DNA of 63,591 bases, counting the filler, from Myxococcota bacterium (GTDB lineage: Bacteria > Myxococcota_C > UBA6777), in the NCBI GenBank assembly GCA_023150835.1. It is 3 parts of 3 records of this genome, joined end to end, with 100 filler letters (N's around TTAATTAATTAA, not from the genome) between each part and the next. Parts side by side here need not be neighbours in the genome. Positions count along the whole stretch, not along the records: positions 22,656 to 51,898 come from JAKLKB010000117.1; 2 more parts are not named here. The stretch is one strand, 5' to 3'. The translations under genes and the position numbers were made by a program. This document shows, piece by piece, positions 38,897 through 50,244 of this stretch. Numbering within the stretch: the first letter of the stretch is position 1; every line of letters begins with the position of its first letter. Under the pieces are notes generated by a model, which saw nothing but the letters and a program-made list of their open reading frames with translations, was not told the DNA's origin and searched no databases.

Positions 38897-41800
38897 CTAA
38901 GAAAGACGTTCCAAACGCGACAACCATTCACACACGCCCAGCAACAACACACTTTCCTCCGAATCATCAAAGACCGCACTCACAAGGCCCAAAAGACCCG
39001 CCTGAAGCTGCACTTGCTCTCGCTTTTGTACAATCAGCGCGATCGGGATATCGCCCCACAACGGATTGGAGCGCATCGCACGTAAAAAAGCAAAACTGTC
39101 CAACGAAGACACCGCCACATCGATCAAGATCGCATCGGGAGTTCCCCGATTTAAGGCGCTCACCGCTTCATTTCCGTTGCGTGCGATCACGGGAAACCAA
39201 CCCACCCCATGCAACCGCTCCGAAAGCAGATGGCCCAAACGCTCGTTGCTCTCGATGATCAATACTTTTTGTTGCCCAGAACTCACAGACAGCGTCCGCA
39301 AATTCTGCAACAACAGTCCCCGATCCACGGGCTTGGTCATATAACCCGAAGCTCCCCACGCAAACCCTTGGCTCTTGTTGTCCAACATCGACAAGATCAA
39401 CACAGGGATCCGTGCAAGCGCTTTGTCTTGCTTCAAACGCTTGAGTACGCTCCATCCGTCCAAACCCGGCAAGATCACATCCAAGGTGATCACCTGTGGT
39501 CGCAAAGCAGAAGCCATCTCAAGGGCCGTTTCTCCATCCCGCGCAAGCGCCACCCCAAAACCTTCGCGTGTCAAGATCCGCGTCATCAAATCCAACATCG
39601 CAGGATCATCATCCACCACCAACACCAACGGCATCGGATGCCCCTGCCCTTCCGCAGCAGACGTAGCTCCAGAAACAGGCATCACCCCTTCTCGAACCAC
39701 GTGGCTTGCCTCAAACACTCCGCTCCCCCACTTCGTCTTCTCCGCCCCCACAGCCGCCGCTGGTTCTCGTCCCGCCCCCACAGCCGCCGCTGGTTCTCGT
39801 CCCGCCCCCACAGCCGCCGTTGGTTCTCGTCCCCCCCCCACAGCCACCGAGGGTTCTCGTTCCACCAAAGCAGAAGAGGGGGGCGGCAAAGAAAGCGTAG
39901 GCAGCGACAAGACAGGATTTGAGATGCGTGTACCGCGCAAGGTCGGTTCGGGTTGGATAGTGGGAAGCGAAAAGGCGGATGTCTTTTTGATCGGGTTGGG
40001 GTGCGAACTTGTCGGAGAGGTCAGGGGTTCTGCGGGCTGCTCTTCTGTGGGTGGGAAGGAAGGCAAAGGAAAGGGAGTCGAGCGATTGACACGAAAAGAT
40101 GCAGGCGGAACGGCTGAGATGCGGCTATTGTGATCGGAGGATCCGCCTGTGCGCAAGGCAGGGTGGGTTCGCCGCAATTCTTTTGGCGGGGACTCCGCCG
40201 CCGCTCGTTGCAACGGCTCTTGTTCGGTCGAAGAGCGCCGTTGGTTCGGGGTTTCGGGCGAAGAACGTTGCAGCGGCGAGGTTTCGGGCGAAGAACGTTG
40301 CAGCGGCGAGGTTTCGGGCGAAGAACGTTGCAGCGACGAGGTTTCGGGCGAAGAACGTTGCAGCGACGAGGTTTCGGGCGAAGAACGTTGCAGCGACGAG
40401 GTTTCGGGCGAAGAACGTTGCAGCGGCGAGGCTTCGGGCGAAGAGTGTAGGGATTCATGCTCGGTCGAAGAACGCCGCAGGGTCGGGGTTTCCGTCGAAG
40501 AGCGCCGTAGGGTCGGGGTTTCCGTCGAAGAGCGCCGCAGGGTCGGGGTTTCCGTCGAAGAACGCCGCAGGGTCGGGGTTTCCGTCGAAGAGCGCCGTAG
40601 GGACGAAGTTTCAGAGGAAGAGTGTAGAGGTTGATGTTCGGTCGAAGAGCGCCGCAGATCGGTGGGTAGAGGGGGAGAAAGAGGTGGGTGATCGCTCTTG
40701 GCTCCGAGTCCGATCACGACACGAGGAGCGGAAGGTGCGGGATCGCCGAGAGATGCGTTGGATTCTCGGCTGCGCGGTGCAGGTTCGAGATCGACGGCGA
40801 GGTTTTGCGGCAAAAAGACCGTAAAGCGCGAGCCTTTCCCCGGGAGGCTATCGACTTCGATATCTCCCCCCATCATCCGGCAAAAATGCCGACTGATCGC
40901 CAACCCAAGCCCTGTACCGCCGTACTTTCGGCTTGTCGAAGAATCTGCCTGAGAAAAAGCCCGAAACAACAGCTTTTGCTGTTCCTGTTCGATCCCGATG
41001 CCTGTGTCCTCGACAGAAAACACCACCCACTGTTGTCCCCCACGCCGTATCTCGCTGATGCGCAAATTGACCTCGCCCTGTTGCGTAAACTTGCAAGCGT
41101 TGGACAACAGATTGAGCAATACTTGGCGCACCTTGGTTGGGTCGCACAAAAACTCTTGGGGCTCGGCTTCCATCTTCAACGAGAGGCGGTTTTGATTTTT
41201 CTCTGCAAGCGGTCGGATCGTCGTCATCACGTCATGGATCATGTCGCGCAGTCGCACAAACTCCATAAACAATTCCATCCGCCCCGCCTCGATCTTCGAG
41301 AGATCGAGAACATCGTTGACCAGCGCCAACAAGTGCTTGCCCGAGGCGTTGATCTTTTCCAGATCGGTCACGAGATCTTCGTAACATCCCTGCTGGATAT
41401 CCTCTTGCATCATCTCGCTGTACCCGATGATTGCGTTGAGTGGCGTGCGCAACTCGTGGCTCATATTCGCCAAGAATTGGCTTTTGGCGTTGTTCGAGGC
41501 TTCTGCACTTTCTTTGGCTTTGCGGAGTTCTTGCTCGATGCGCTTGGTCTCGCTGACATCGGTCGACACCGAGACTCCGCCCACCACCGCCCCCTCTTCG
41601 TCAAAAAGCGGCGTATAATACGCCTCAAAAAACGCTCCTTCGATCTCAAGGATCGTAAAGATCGCCTCCCCTCCCAAGACACGCTCCGCGCAATGGCGAA
41701 TGGTTTCGTTGCCCAAGGATACGATCGACTGCCCCACAAGCTCGGCGCTATTCCAGCCGATCTGATGAAGGTTCCGCCCCAACGCCAACGTGATCACGCC

Positions 41801-42376
41801 CGCTCCATCGAAGACAAAGAAATGGATCGGAGCGCTATCCAAGATCATCTGCATCCATGCTTGATTTTCTTCGAGTGCTTCTTCGGCGCGTTTGCGTTCG
41901 GTCGACTCAAGCCCCGTCCCCAACACCAAGCGGCGCCCCTTAAAAATGATCGGAGCCAAGGTCAGATCCAACCAACCGATCCCACCGTCGCGCCGCTGAA
42001 AAGCGATCTCAAAACGCCGCTCTCCAAATTGATGCCGTAAAGACACCAACGCATCGTGAAGCTGGGCGCGTTCCTCTTCGGCGATCAGTTCCCAAAAAAC
42101 CCCTTCGATCAGCTCGTCGCGTGTGTAGCCCGTCAACCGAACCAACGCAGGATTGACATACAACAGCTCCGTATCATGCAATACAAATGTCGCAGCAGGC
42201 GATATCTCGGCCATGATCTGAAATTCTTCGCTGTCCAACTCGCGTTTGGGGGTTGTCTGCCAACGCGCTTGTTCCTCCGCCAACAGCGCCATCATCTCTT
42301 CGTAGGCCTCTTCATCTTTACAAAGCTGCCTCAAGCGCCCACGCGACTCTCGATCCACGCCAGCCTCCGCATCCAT
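38897..42376 (-). CDS. Hybrid PAS-PAS histidine kinase with repetitive linker and two receivers
   Basis: [28 protein letters not shown]; receiver VVDDD/TLDV; second, degenerate receiver. Confidence 0.93.
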   Translation of the reverse strand: MDAEAGVDRESRGRLRQLCKDEEAYEEMMALLAEEQARWQTTPKRELDSEEFQIMAEISPAATFVLHDTELLYVNPALVRLTGYTRDELIEGVFWELIAEEERAQLHDALVSLRHQFGERRFEIAFQRRDGGIGWLDLTLAPIIFKGRRLVLGTGLESTERKRAEEALEENQAWMQMILDSAPIHFFVFDGAGVITLALGRNLHQIGWNSAELVGQSIVSLGNETIRHCAERVLGGEAIFTILEIEGAFFEAYYTPLFDEEGAVVGGVSVSTDVSETKRIEQELRKAKESAEASNNAKSQFLANMSHELRTPLNAIIGYSEMMQEDIQQGCYEDLVTDLEKINASGKHLLALVNDVLDLSKIEAGRMELFMEFVRLRDMIHDVMTTIRPLAEKNQNRLSLKMEAEPQEFLCDPTKVRQVLLNLLSNACKFTQQGEVNLRISEIRRGGQQWVVFSVEDTGIGIEQEQQKLLFRAFSQADSSTSRKYGGTGLGLAISRHFCRMMGGDIEVDSLPGKGSRFTVFLPQNLAVDLEPAPRSRESNASLGDPAPSAPRVVIGLGAKSDHPPLSPPLPTDLRRSSTEHQPLHSSSETSSLRRSSTETPTLRRSSTETPTLRRSSTETPTLRRSSTETPTLRRSSTEHESLHSSPEASPLQRSSPETSSLQRSSPETSSLQRSSPETSSLQRSSPETSPLQRSSPETSPLQRSSPETPNQRRSSTEQEPLQRAAAESPPKELRRTHPALRTGGSSDHNSRISAVPPASFRVNRSTPFPLPSFPPTEEQPAEPLTSPTSSHPNPIKKTSAFSLPTIQPEPTLRGTRISNPVLSLPTLSLPPPSSALVEREPSVAVGGGREPTAAVGAGREPAAAVGAGREPAAAVGAEKTKWGSGVFEASHVVREGVMPVSGATSAAEGQGHPMPLVLVVDDDPAMLDLMTRILTREGFGVALARDGETALEMASALRPQVITLDVILPGLDGWSVLKRLKQDKALARIPVLILSMLDNKSQGFAWGASGYMTKPVDRGLLLQNLRTLSVSSGQQKVLIIESNERLGHLLSERLHGVGWFPVIARNGNEAVSALNRGTPDAILIDVAVSSLDSFAFLRAMRSNPLWGDIPIALIVQKREQVQLQAGLLGLVSAVFDDSEESVLLLGVCEWLSRLERLS
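40200..40660 (-). repeat. 30-bp coding tandem repeats ([10 protein letters not shown] / [10 protein letters not shown])
   Basis: About 15 ten-residue units in the kinase linker. Confidence 0.9.
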
Positions 42377-42554
42377 ACGACGCTACCGCGCCCATGCCAT
42401 CGCGTCTTTCGCTCCTATACGTCCGTTTCTAAACCCTTGACCGCAGCCGAGAACACCTCGTCTTTTGCCAACCCACAGCAGTGCATCGCGTTTCTAAACC
42501 GTTGACCGCAACCAAGACCCCTGCGCCTTTGATCAGACTCGAAACACCAAGGTA

Positions 42555-45431
42555 TCAGCCACCAAGCACCGATGTTTGGGGCTTTTTGGGGCAGCACCAT
42601 GCAGACAACGCACGAGCAAGCGTTTCTTGACGGACGGGCTTGGCCAGATAGTCATCCATTCCTGCGTCCAACGCACGTTGTTTGTCTTCTTCGAGGTCGC
42701 TTGCACTCATTCCGATGATCGGAAGTCCTTTTGCGAAGCGTTGTCGGATCAACGCAGTGGTTTGATAACCGTCCAGTTCGGGCATTTGACAATCCATCAG
42801 GATGGCCTTGTAAGGCACATCACACGACCGCTGCAAACAAAACAAGGCTTCTTGGCCATTCGACGCCAAGTCCACCGCGTAGCCCAGCCGATCGAGGGTC
42901 AGCGTCATCACACGCTGGTTCAGCAAGTTGTCTTCGACCACCAACACACGAGGATGCTCGGCTTTTTCCGCAGAAGATCGTGCCTCTCCTTGATCTTGTT
43001 GGAGAAAAGAGATGTCTGATTTGTTGTTTTTGGGGGGGCGTGTCTGGGGTGCCTTTTCCATTCGTGCTTCCTTCTCCCCTACGCGCAAGTCTTTTGTTTG
43101 CAAACCCCGCCCCCTCGCAGGATCGCCCTCAAAACGTTTTGTCGGATACCCCGTTCTTTCTCCACCCCCACGCGGAGAAAAACGTTCTGTGGTTATAGAA
43201 TGCTTTTGTTGTTCTGTCGAGAGCGTCGTTTGAGTATGGCCGATGCTGTACGCCAACGCATCTACCGCGTGGCGGGAGCCAAACGCCGAGGGATGGCCGA
43301 CGTTCTCTGTGTAAGCGGCCTGTTCTTGGCGCGCCAAAACAGCCGAAGGATGGGACGACATCGACGAGGGGGAGAGATGGGAGATCGCTGCGAGCGAAGG
43401 GTGGGCTTCGCCCCAGCGATCTTGCGGATGATAGGAAGGAAACAGATCGGAGCGTTCGAGGCGGATCGAAGTGCTTGATGGGGTGGTTCCTGCTTTTTTA
43501 TAGGGATTGCTCGTGACGTGGCGTTGCTCTTTTTGCCAAGCCAACGCCAACGAAAGAACCCGCCGCATCTCTTCTTGGCGAACGCGCCGTTCAAAAACAA
43601 AAAGCCCTGCACGCGCCGCCGCCCAACGCGGCACAAAATGGGGATTCGAGAGCGATACCACATACGCACAACGCGAAGCTACGGGAGATTCCGCATAACT
43701 CGCCAACCAAGACCACGCCTGTTCTTCCATGCCATCGGCCTCGATCCAACACAACGAAACTCCCGTCGGCTCATGTTCAGACCACAACAACCGCGCCTCC
43801 GCCTCGTAGAGGCTCCCGACGCTTTCACACATACATCCCCACGCCGACAACAAACGCCTCGCCCAAACACGCCGCGTTCCGAGTCGATCCACCCACAAGA
43901 TGCGCGGTGGCGGCACCCAACTCTCGATCCCAACCAGCGGCAAAGCAGGCGTGGGTGATCCATTCCACACCAACCCACTTCCCTGTTTTTGGGTCGTCAA
44001 CGGCAACCACACCGCAAAGCAACTTCCGATATCGGGAACACTCGACACTTCGATCCGGCCCCCCATGCGCTCCGCCAGTTGTTTGGCGATCACCAAGCCC
44101 AAGCCCGTCCCTCCAAAGTGGCGGCTTGTCGAAGCATGAGCTTGTTCAAAGATCGAAAAGAGCCGAGGGATGGCCTCGGCTTCGATGCCGATCCCTGTGT
44201 CGCGCACACTCAAACGCACGCCTTCGCCCAAGCGTTCGGCATGTACGGACACCTCTCCTGCTTGGGTAAACTTTAAGGCGTTGGCGATCAAGTTCATCAA
44301 GATCTGCCGCAAACGCAGCGGATCGCCCCAGATATGGTGCGGAAGATCAGGGTCGATCATACCCACCAACGGCAGTGACTTGTTGTGCGCTTGGGGCCAA
44401 AAAAACGACAAGACGCTCTCGATCAAGTCGGGGAGATCAAACGAGACCTGTTCAAGTTCGAGGCGACCCGCCTGTAGCTTGGAAAAGTCCAAGATATCGT
44501 TGACCAGATCCTGAAGCATCAGGCCCGACTCACGGACGATCTGGAGCAGCTCGTTGTCGTCCAATTGTCGTTGCTCGTTTTGCAGCAGCTCCAAGGCCGT
44601 CAACATCCCATGCAACGGCGTGCGGATCTCGTGACTCATCCGCGCCAAAAATGCCGAGCGCTCTTCGGCGGCTTGTACAGCTTCTTCGTGGGCTTGTTGT
44701 AGCTTTCGTTCGAGATTTTTGTGCGCGGTGATATCGCGTACGATCACCAAGGCTTCTTCGGGATGGACGGCCACGATCCGCGCCTCGTAAGCGTGTTCTC
44801 CCGCTTGACGCTGCTTGACGCTGTATTCCATCTGTTGTGCAACCCGCGAGGTCAGCACAAGATCGATCTTCTCTTGCATCTTTTCATCGATCCCAACGGG
44901 CCAAGGGCGTTCCGCTGCGCTTTGTGGATCAAACACATCCCGCCAACTCAAGGCATCCCGTACTCGGGCGTCTTCGCTCACATGAAACAAACAATCCGGC
45001 AATGCGTACAACAATGCCCGATGTCGCTCCTCGATCTGCTCAAGGGCTGCCTTCGTTTGCTCGCTCTCTTCTAACTGTCGCCGCAATCGCCCCCCCAAAG
45101 CGTGCATCTGTCCAAGCGACAAACCCACCCACGAAAACAATGCCATCCCCGCAAGGTACAGACTTGGCTGGTGAACGATCTCGTTCGGATAGCCCGCAAG
45201 ATACAACAACGTGGTCTGATTCCCCATCGCCACCATCGCTGCCAACAAGCCCACGCGCCGCCCTGCGATCCCGCCGCTCAATCCGACAGGAACCACCGCC
45301 AATAAACCTGCCAATGCGCCAAAATTCCGATACAACGGCAGATACAGCGCCCACATCCCGATCCATGAAAGCCACATCAAGATCACCCAAAGGCTTCTTC
45401 GATCTGTGATGTCGCTGATCTTCTGGCTCAT
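42555..45431 (-). CDS. Membrane-bound hybrid histidine kinase
   Basis: N-terminal TM helices, SHEIRTPL, NALKFT, GGTGLGL, C-terminal receiver LMDCQMP. Confidence 0.92.
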   Translation of the reverse strand: MSQKISDITDRRSLWVILMWLSWIGMWALYLPLYRNFGALAGLLAVVPVGLSGGIAGRRVGLLAAMVAMGNQTTLLYLAGYPNEIVHQPSLYLAGMALFSWVGLSLGQMHALGGRLRRQLEESEQTKAALEQIEERHRALLYALPDCLFHVSEDARVRDALSWRDVFDPQSAAERPWPVGIDEKMQEKIDLVLTSRVAQQMEYSVKQRQAGEHAYEARIVAVHPEEALVIVRDITAHKNLERKLQQAHEEAVQAAEERSAFLARMSHEIRTPLHGMLTALELLQNEQRQLDDNELLQIVRESGLMLQDLVNDILDFSKLQAGRLELEQVSFDLPDLIESVLSFFWPQAHNKSLPLVGMIDPDLPHHIWGDPLRLRQILMNLIANALKFTQAGEVSVHAERLGEGVRLSVRDTGIGIEAEAIPRLFSIFEQAHASTSRHFGGTGLGLVIAKQLAERMGGRIEVSSVPDIGSCFAVWLPLTTQKQGSGLVWNGSPTPALPLVGIESWVPPPRILWVDRLGTRRVWARRLLSAWGCMCESVGSLYEAEARLLWSEHEPTGVSLCWIEADGMEEQAWSWLASYAESPVASRCAYVVSLSNPHFVPRWAAARAGLFVFERRVRQEEMRRVLSLALAWQKEQRHVTSNPYKKAGTTPSSTSIRLERSDLFPSYHPQDRWGEAHPSLAAISHLSPSSMSSHPSAVLARQEQAAYTENVGHPSAFGSRHAVDALAYSIGHTQTTLSTEQQKHSITTERFSPRGGGERTGYPTKRFEGDPARGRGLQTKDLRVGEKEARMEKAPQTRPPKNNKSDISFLQQDQGEARSSAEKAEHPRVLVVEDNLLNQRVMTLTLDRLGYAVDLASNGQEALFCLQRSCDVPYKAILMDCQMPELDGYQTTALIRQRFAKGLPIIGMSASDLEEDKQRALDAGMDDYLAKPVRQETLARALSAWCCPKKPQTSVLGG

Positions 45432-45527
45432 CTTGCACCCCCTCGTGCATCACGTGCCAACCCATTCCACTTCCAACCTTCAAACGTCGGCAGAACATAA
45501 ATGCTTTTCACTCAAAAAGATAGCCCC

Positions 45528-46673
45528 TTAGTTTTGCAAAGCATCCAGCAACGCACGTCCATATCGCCGCACGCGCCACCCAGACATCCCCGGTACTTTG
45601 GCCAAAGACACCAGATCGCGTGGCCGATGAAGCAGACAATTCTTCAACAACTGACCCGAAAACAACAATCCCCCTTCGATCCCCTCTGCCTCTGCCAGCG
45701 CATTGCGCCAATCGCGCAGTCGATCAAAATGCTCCACGTCCAACGAAGACTCTGACACACGGCCTTTTTGCGTTCTGGGCTTTTTTGGCAGAGGGCGCAG
45801 CGGCCCTTGGCTCCGTACCACCGCCTCGATCAACAGTTCTCCATACTCTCGGATCTGCGCAGGCTTCATCCCTCGTAAGGCCGAAAGCTCCTTCACTGTT
45901 CGCGGTTCTCGTACCGCCATCTCGATCAAAGCATGATCAGGAGCCACCAAAAATGCGGCCTTGTTGATCTCTTCGCAGATCAGATGTCGGGCCACATACA
46001 AAGCGTGCAACGTTTGAAGCTGTCGCGCAGAGAGTTCTTTGGCCCCCTTCAACCGAAGAAAACCGCTGGAATCAAACAATTTCTCTTCGTAGTGGGTTTG
46101 TTGCGCGATGTTGCGCGACTCTTCTAATGCCGCATCCAACCAACCGCATTCTTCAAGCTGTTCCAACAGCAAGTCCTTGAGTTCGAGCAGATGGCGAACA
46201 TCCGTAGCCGCGTAAGCAAGCGCCTCTTCGGGCAACGGGCGTATCGACCAATCCAACGTCTGAAACTGCTTGGTGATCTGCAACCCAAAGAAACGCTCCA
46301 ACAAAGCGCTCAATCCACGTCCGGGGAGCGCCAAAAATCCCGCCGCGATCTCCGTATCAAACAGCCCTTGCGCATGGATCTGATAATCTCTTTGCAGGTT
46401 CAAAAGGTCGTTGACTGCGCTATGAAAGACTTTTAAGCGCTGTGCATCCGACAAAAATTCACGCAAGATCGCGATCGACGCTTCCCCAAGCGCCAGCAGA
46501 TCCAACAACGCTACCTGCCCGCGTGTCGCAACTTGCATCAAACAAAGCCGTGGGCGGTAGCTATGAACCCCATCGCTTTCCGTATCCACAGCGTACTCTT
46601 GTTCTTCGCGCACACTTGCCCACCACGCCGCAAAGATATCGTCCCGATCAATCCACTGCCACATCTGCACCAC
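45528..46673 (-). CDS. rnd: Ribonuclease D with HRDC domains
   Basis: AVDTE, CLMQVA, FHSAVNDL, FDTEIAA, DWSIRPL, YAATDV. Confidence 0.9.
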   Translation of the reverse strand: MVQMWQWIDRDDIFAAWWASVREEQEYAVDTESDGVHSYRPRLCLMQVATRGQVALLDLLALGEASIAILREFLSDAQRLKVFHSAVNDLLNLQRDYQIHAQGLFDTEIAAGFLALPGRGLSALLERFFGLQITKQFQTLDWSIRPLPEEALAYAATDVRHLLELKDLLLEQLEECGWLDAALEESRNIAQQTHYEEKLFDSSGFLRLKGAKELSARQLQTLHALYVARHLICEEINKAAFLVAPDHALIEMAVREPRTVKELSALRGMKPAQIREYGELLIEAVVRSQGPLRPLPKKPRTQKGRVSESSLDVEHFDRLRDWRNALAEAEGIEGGLLFSGQLLKNCLLHRPRDLVSLAKVPGMSGWRVRRYGRALLDALQN

Positions 46674-47607
46674 GCTCCCTCTCTATCTGCGCAACCCACG
46701 TCCTCAAAAACGCCTCGCCTTCTTCTTCGGCTTGTTGCGCCAATGCCTCCAACTCCCCAAGCACCACTTCCGCACTTTCGGCACGCGCCTCCAAACTTGG
46801 CTCCAATACGCGCTCCAAGATCGGCTCCACTTCCTCACGCCAAGGCAAGTCAACCCCCACCATCGGCGGCATCTGCAACACCGGCAACCTCTCCAAGATC
46901 TGCTCTGGTGACATCCCTGCAAACAAGCGCCGCCCCATCAACATCTCCCACATCACCAACCCCCACGAAAACAGATCCGATCGCGGCTCCACAGGCCGCC
47001 CACAAGCCGCCTCAGGCGACAGGTACGCAAAACGCCCGCGCAGCGAGTCCCACGCCGTCTGCCGCAAGATCACATCCGACACCGCGATCCCCAAGTCCGC
47101 CACTTTGACCCAACCTGCGGTACTCACCAACAGATTCGGCGGCGAAAGATCCCGATGCACTACCGATATCTTCTTTCCTTCGGACACTTCGGCTTGATGA
47201 AGGTAACACAGCGCACGCAAGACCTGTATCCCTACACACACCGCTGCTTGCGCAGGCCAACGCACGCCCCGCTGTTGGGTCTCCTGCAACAACACACCCA
47301 GATCACAGCCTTGCACATACTCCATCAAAAGATACGGCGCTGCGGGATCTTCACAACCCGCTACATACGACGCCAGATGCGGATGTTGCAAACGCTCCAT
47401 CATCCGAATCTCATCACAAAACATCGCGATGATCTCGTCGTCCGCATCAAACGGAAAACGCAAGGTCTTTAAGGCATAACGCACACTTGGATCGTCTTGC
47501 GGCCCCACCAGCCACACCGAGGCCACTCCGCCTTCGGCCAACAACCGCAACGCGACCCAAGACCACTCCCGCAAGACCATGCGCTGCACAACACTCGATC
47601 CCCTCAT
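46648..47607 (-). CDS. Stand-alone Ser/Thr protein kinase
   Basis: LAEGGVA, ALK, HRDLSPPN, DLG, YLSPE; ATG overlaps the rimI stop (ATGA). Confidence 0.88.
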   Translation of the reverse strand: MRGSSVVQRMVLREWSWVALRLLAEGGVASVWLVGPQDDPSVRYALKTLRFPFDADDEIIAMFCDEIRMMERLQHPHLASYVAGCEDPAAPYLLMEYVQGCDLGVLLQETQQRGVRWPAQAAVCVGIQVLRALCYLHQAEVSEGKKISVVHRDLSPPNLLVSTAGWVKVADLGIAVSDVILRQTAWDSLRGRFAYLSPEAACGRPVEPRSDLFSWGLVMWEMLMGRRLFAGMSPEQILERLPVLQMPPMVGVDLPWREEVEPILERVLEPSLEARAESAEVVLGELEALAQQAEEEGEAFLRTWVAQIERERGADVAVD

Positions 47608-48101
47608 CCCTTCGGCTCCATCGACAACACAAACACCCACGCATCCTCGATCGGCTTGTCGTAATACTTTTTCCGCAGACCCACCTGTTCAAACCCAAAC
47701 GACCGATACAAGCCGATCGCTGCAACATTCGAGATCCGCACTTCCAAAAAGATCTCCAACACCCGCGCTTCTCGCGCAATCCGTATCGCATCCTCCAGCA
47801 TCTTCCGACCGATCCCCATACGCTGATACGCCGGAAGCACCGCCACATTCAATAGATGCAACTCGCTTGGCAACAACCAAGACAAACAATACCCCACAGG
47901 GATCTCTTCTCCACCAAGAGGATCGCGCAATACCGCCAAGCGAAAACGCGACCAAGGATGCGTAAACTCCGGCTCCAAGGCTTTTAATGACCACGGGTGC
48001 GGCTGTGCCATCCGCTCGATTCGGCATATCGCCGAGATATCGGCCTGCGTCGCCTGACGCAACGACAAGACTTGCCCTTGTATCTCTAAGATCGCGCTCA
48101 T
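47604..48101 (-). CDS. rimI: Ribosomal protein S18 alanine N-acetyltransferase
   Basis: HPWS, ELHLLNVAV, QRMGIG, LEVRISN, LY..FGF, RKKYY..EDA. Confidence 0.9.
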   Translation of the reverse strand: MSAILEIQGQVLSLRQATQADISAICRIERMAQPHPWSLKALEPEFTHPWSRFRLAVLRDPLGGEEIPVGYCLSWLLPSELHLLNVAVLPAYQRMGIGRKMLEDAIRIAREARVLEIFLEVRISNVAAIGLYRSFGFEQVGLRKKYYDKPIEDAWVFVLSMEPKG

Positions 48102-48167
48102 CAAACCCCTTACGACCTGTCCCACGCCACCGCCGTCGCCACCTTCATCTTCCCCCGCCTGTGCGCT

Positions 48168-50012
48168 TTATTCACGCGGTAGCTGGATCAATGTCAGATT
48201 GAGATGGCTTGTGCCGACGCGGTAACGCTCCATAAACTGACGGATATTTCTGTGCCGAAAGCCTTTATAGCCATCCTTGGCTTTTTCCGCAAGCAAACGC
48301 TTGTACGCTAGACCGTGCTGAATGTTGTAATGAAAGTAACTTTTGCTCTTCGATCCCCAACGCGGATGCGAGACCGTCCGAATGATCAGACTCAAGTTGT
48401 CCATCGGCATGATCTCAAAACTCTCCCGATAATGCGGGCTGTAGGGCCAGTACTCCTCCGCATTGGAAAAGTAAGCCATCCGCACCACGATCCCCATCTC
48501 TTTGGCGGCCTTCGCCACACCGCGCAAGCTGCTCTCTTTCAACAAGTCCCCCGGCATCGCACGAAAACGACCGAGCAGATGAAGCTTGCGGATATGCTCG
48601 TAGTGGCGCGGCGTGATCAACCAATGCTCTTTGTTCGCAAAGGTCTTGGCTTTCGCAAACTTTTCGCTAAAGTACCGAAAGAATTTCCCGCGATAACGCC
48701 CATAAGCCCGCAAGATCATCTTGCGATCAGGATCTTCTTTGTAAGTTTCTTCAAGCAAGGCTTGGCTGGTCTTTGCACGTTTGGGATCGTAGTACTTGAC
48801 GAATTCTTGGCCTGTCTCCGCCTTCAACAAAAAGGCGCGATGCACCTTGTGAACCCAAGGGATCACCGCGTCATAATCCATCAGCCACACATACTCCGAA
48901 CGCGCCCACGCAATGAAGTTATAGTTTTGATCGGCCCCGATCCCGACATACCCTCCCCCCAAGTTCTGGATATAGGGATGCCACAAGTACGGATGGCTTT
49001 CATTGGAGGTGACGTAGTGGTTGGGGTCGCGACAATCACTGCCTGAGCGCCCTGCGCGGGGACACAGTTTTTTGTTGGCGAGGACATCTTCGGGACTCTT
49101 CCAAAACAGTTTGTTGTGCTGTTCGGAAAGCGGTGTCGCGGGAGTCGAGATCGCGGGGCGAGGCTTGAGATGCAGATAAGTCCCCGCTGTTTGCGCCAAC
49201 GTCGGGGTGCTTGAGGCACAACGAATACCCGCCATCATGCTCGGAAGATTGGGGTCTGCCGCTTTGCGTGTGTAGGCAGCAAGCTCGTTGGGGCCGCGCA
49301 GAAACGACCCACCCCGCAAGATCTTTTGGCTCGAAGTGGAGCAATCATCACGCCCACCACACGGGCCTTTGGGATCGTTTCCTTGGCAAGCCTCACCACA
49401 AGCCCCTTCACAAGCCCCATAACACGGGGTGTACCAGTCCTGCACCCACTCGGCGACGTTCCCCGACAAATGAAACACACCAAAACCTTGTGCTTCACGC
49501 CCCTTGGTTCCGACAGGATGGCGTGGGCCACAGCGCGAAGTGTGGGCTCGCCGACACGTCGGAGCTTCTTTGCCCCAAGGATAGTCCGTACCGTTGGGAC
49601 CGCGTGCTGCCCGTTCCCATTCCGCTTCGGTCGCAAGGCGCTTTCCGACAAAGCGGCAGTACCGCACTGCATCGTACCAAGTGACATGTGTCACAGGATT
49701 CTTTTTTTGCAAAAAAGACGGGCTGATCGGGATACCAAACGGACGAAAACAACCGCCCGCTTTGACGCAACGATCATACGCTTCGTTGGTCACTTCGTGC
49801 TTGTCCAGATAAAAGGTCTCGACGGTCACTTGGGCCGCTGGTTTGGCGTTCTGCTCGCTATCATGGCCCCGCGTAAAGCTACCCCCCACGATGCACACCA
49901 TCCCTTCGGGAGCTTCTTTGCAAGGGGCCGCTGCATGGGCGGCCACAACATTCAAACACCAAACCACGAATCCAAGGCCCACGCTCCGCCCCATTCTTCC
50001 GATTTTTCGCAT
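48168..50012 (-). CDS. Secreted FGE-sulfatase (SUMF1) domain protein with additional C-terminal domain
   Basis: FYLDKHEVTN, RLATEAEWERAARG, YPWG, SGNVAEW, RGGSF; C-terminal YVGIGADQNY and YFSNAEE. Confidence 0.85.
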   Translation of the reverse strand: MRKIGRMGRSVGLGFVVWCLNVVAAHAAAPCKEAPEGMVCIVGGSFTRGHDSEQNAKPAAQVTVETFYLDKHEVTNEAYDRCVKAGGCFRPFGIPISPSFLQKKNPVTHVTWYDAVRYCRFVGKRLATEAEWERAARGPNGTDYPWGKEAPTCRRAHTSRCGPRHPVGTKGREAQGFGVFHLSGNVAEWVQDWYTPCYGACEGACGEACQGNDPKGPCGGRDDCSTSSQKILRGGSFLRGPNELAAYTRKAADPNLPSMMAGIRCASSTPTLAQTAGTYLHLKPRPAISTPATPLSEQHNKLFWKSPEDVLANKKLCPRAGRSGSDCRDPNHYVTSNESHPYLWHPYIQNLGGGYVGIGADQNYNFIAWARSEYVWLMDYDAVIPWVHKVHRAFLLKAETGQEFVKYYDPKRAKTSQALLEETYKEDPDRKMILRAYGRYRGKFFRYFSEKFAKAKTFANKEHWLITPRHYEHIRKLHLLGRFRAMPGDLLKESSLRGVAKAAKEMGIVVRMAYFSNAEEYWPYSPHYRESFEIMPMDNLSLIIRTVSHPRWGSKSKSYFHYNIQHGLAYKRLLAEKAKDGYKGFRHRNIRQFMERYRVGTSHLNLTLIQLPRE

Positions 50013-50244
50013 CCCTTCGCTCTCCAAACATCCAGCGTCTACACAACGAGGCCACTCAACATAGCCCCACAACATCGACCCCACCGCACAGATGGCATCA
50101 AGTCATCCCCCCTACAAACCACAACCACCAACCAAACGCAAATTTCTCACCCGCTCCCCTCTGCTCACACAACAACGCCATCATTTCGGTTTTTGCGAGG
50201 ATTTTTGCGAGGATTTTTGCGATGGTGTTTGTGGGGTTTCACCC

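Noticed and set aside
48168-50012. DGR target (FGE/CLec fold)
   Set aside because: No reverse transcriptase and no template/variable repeat pair is visible.
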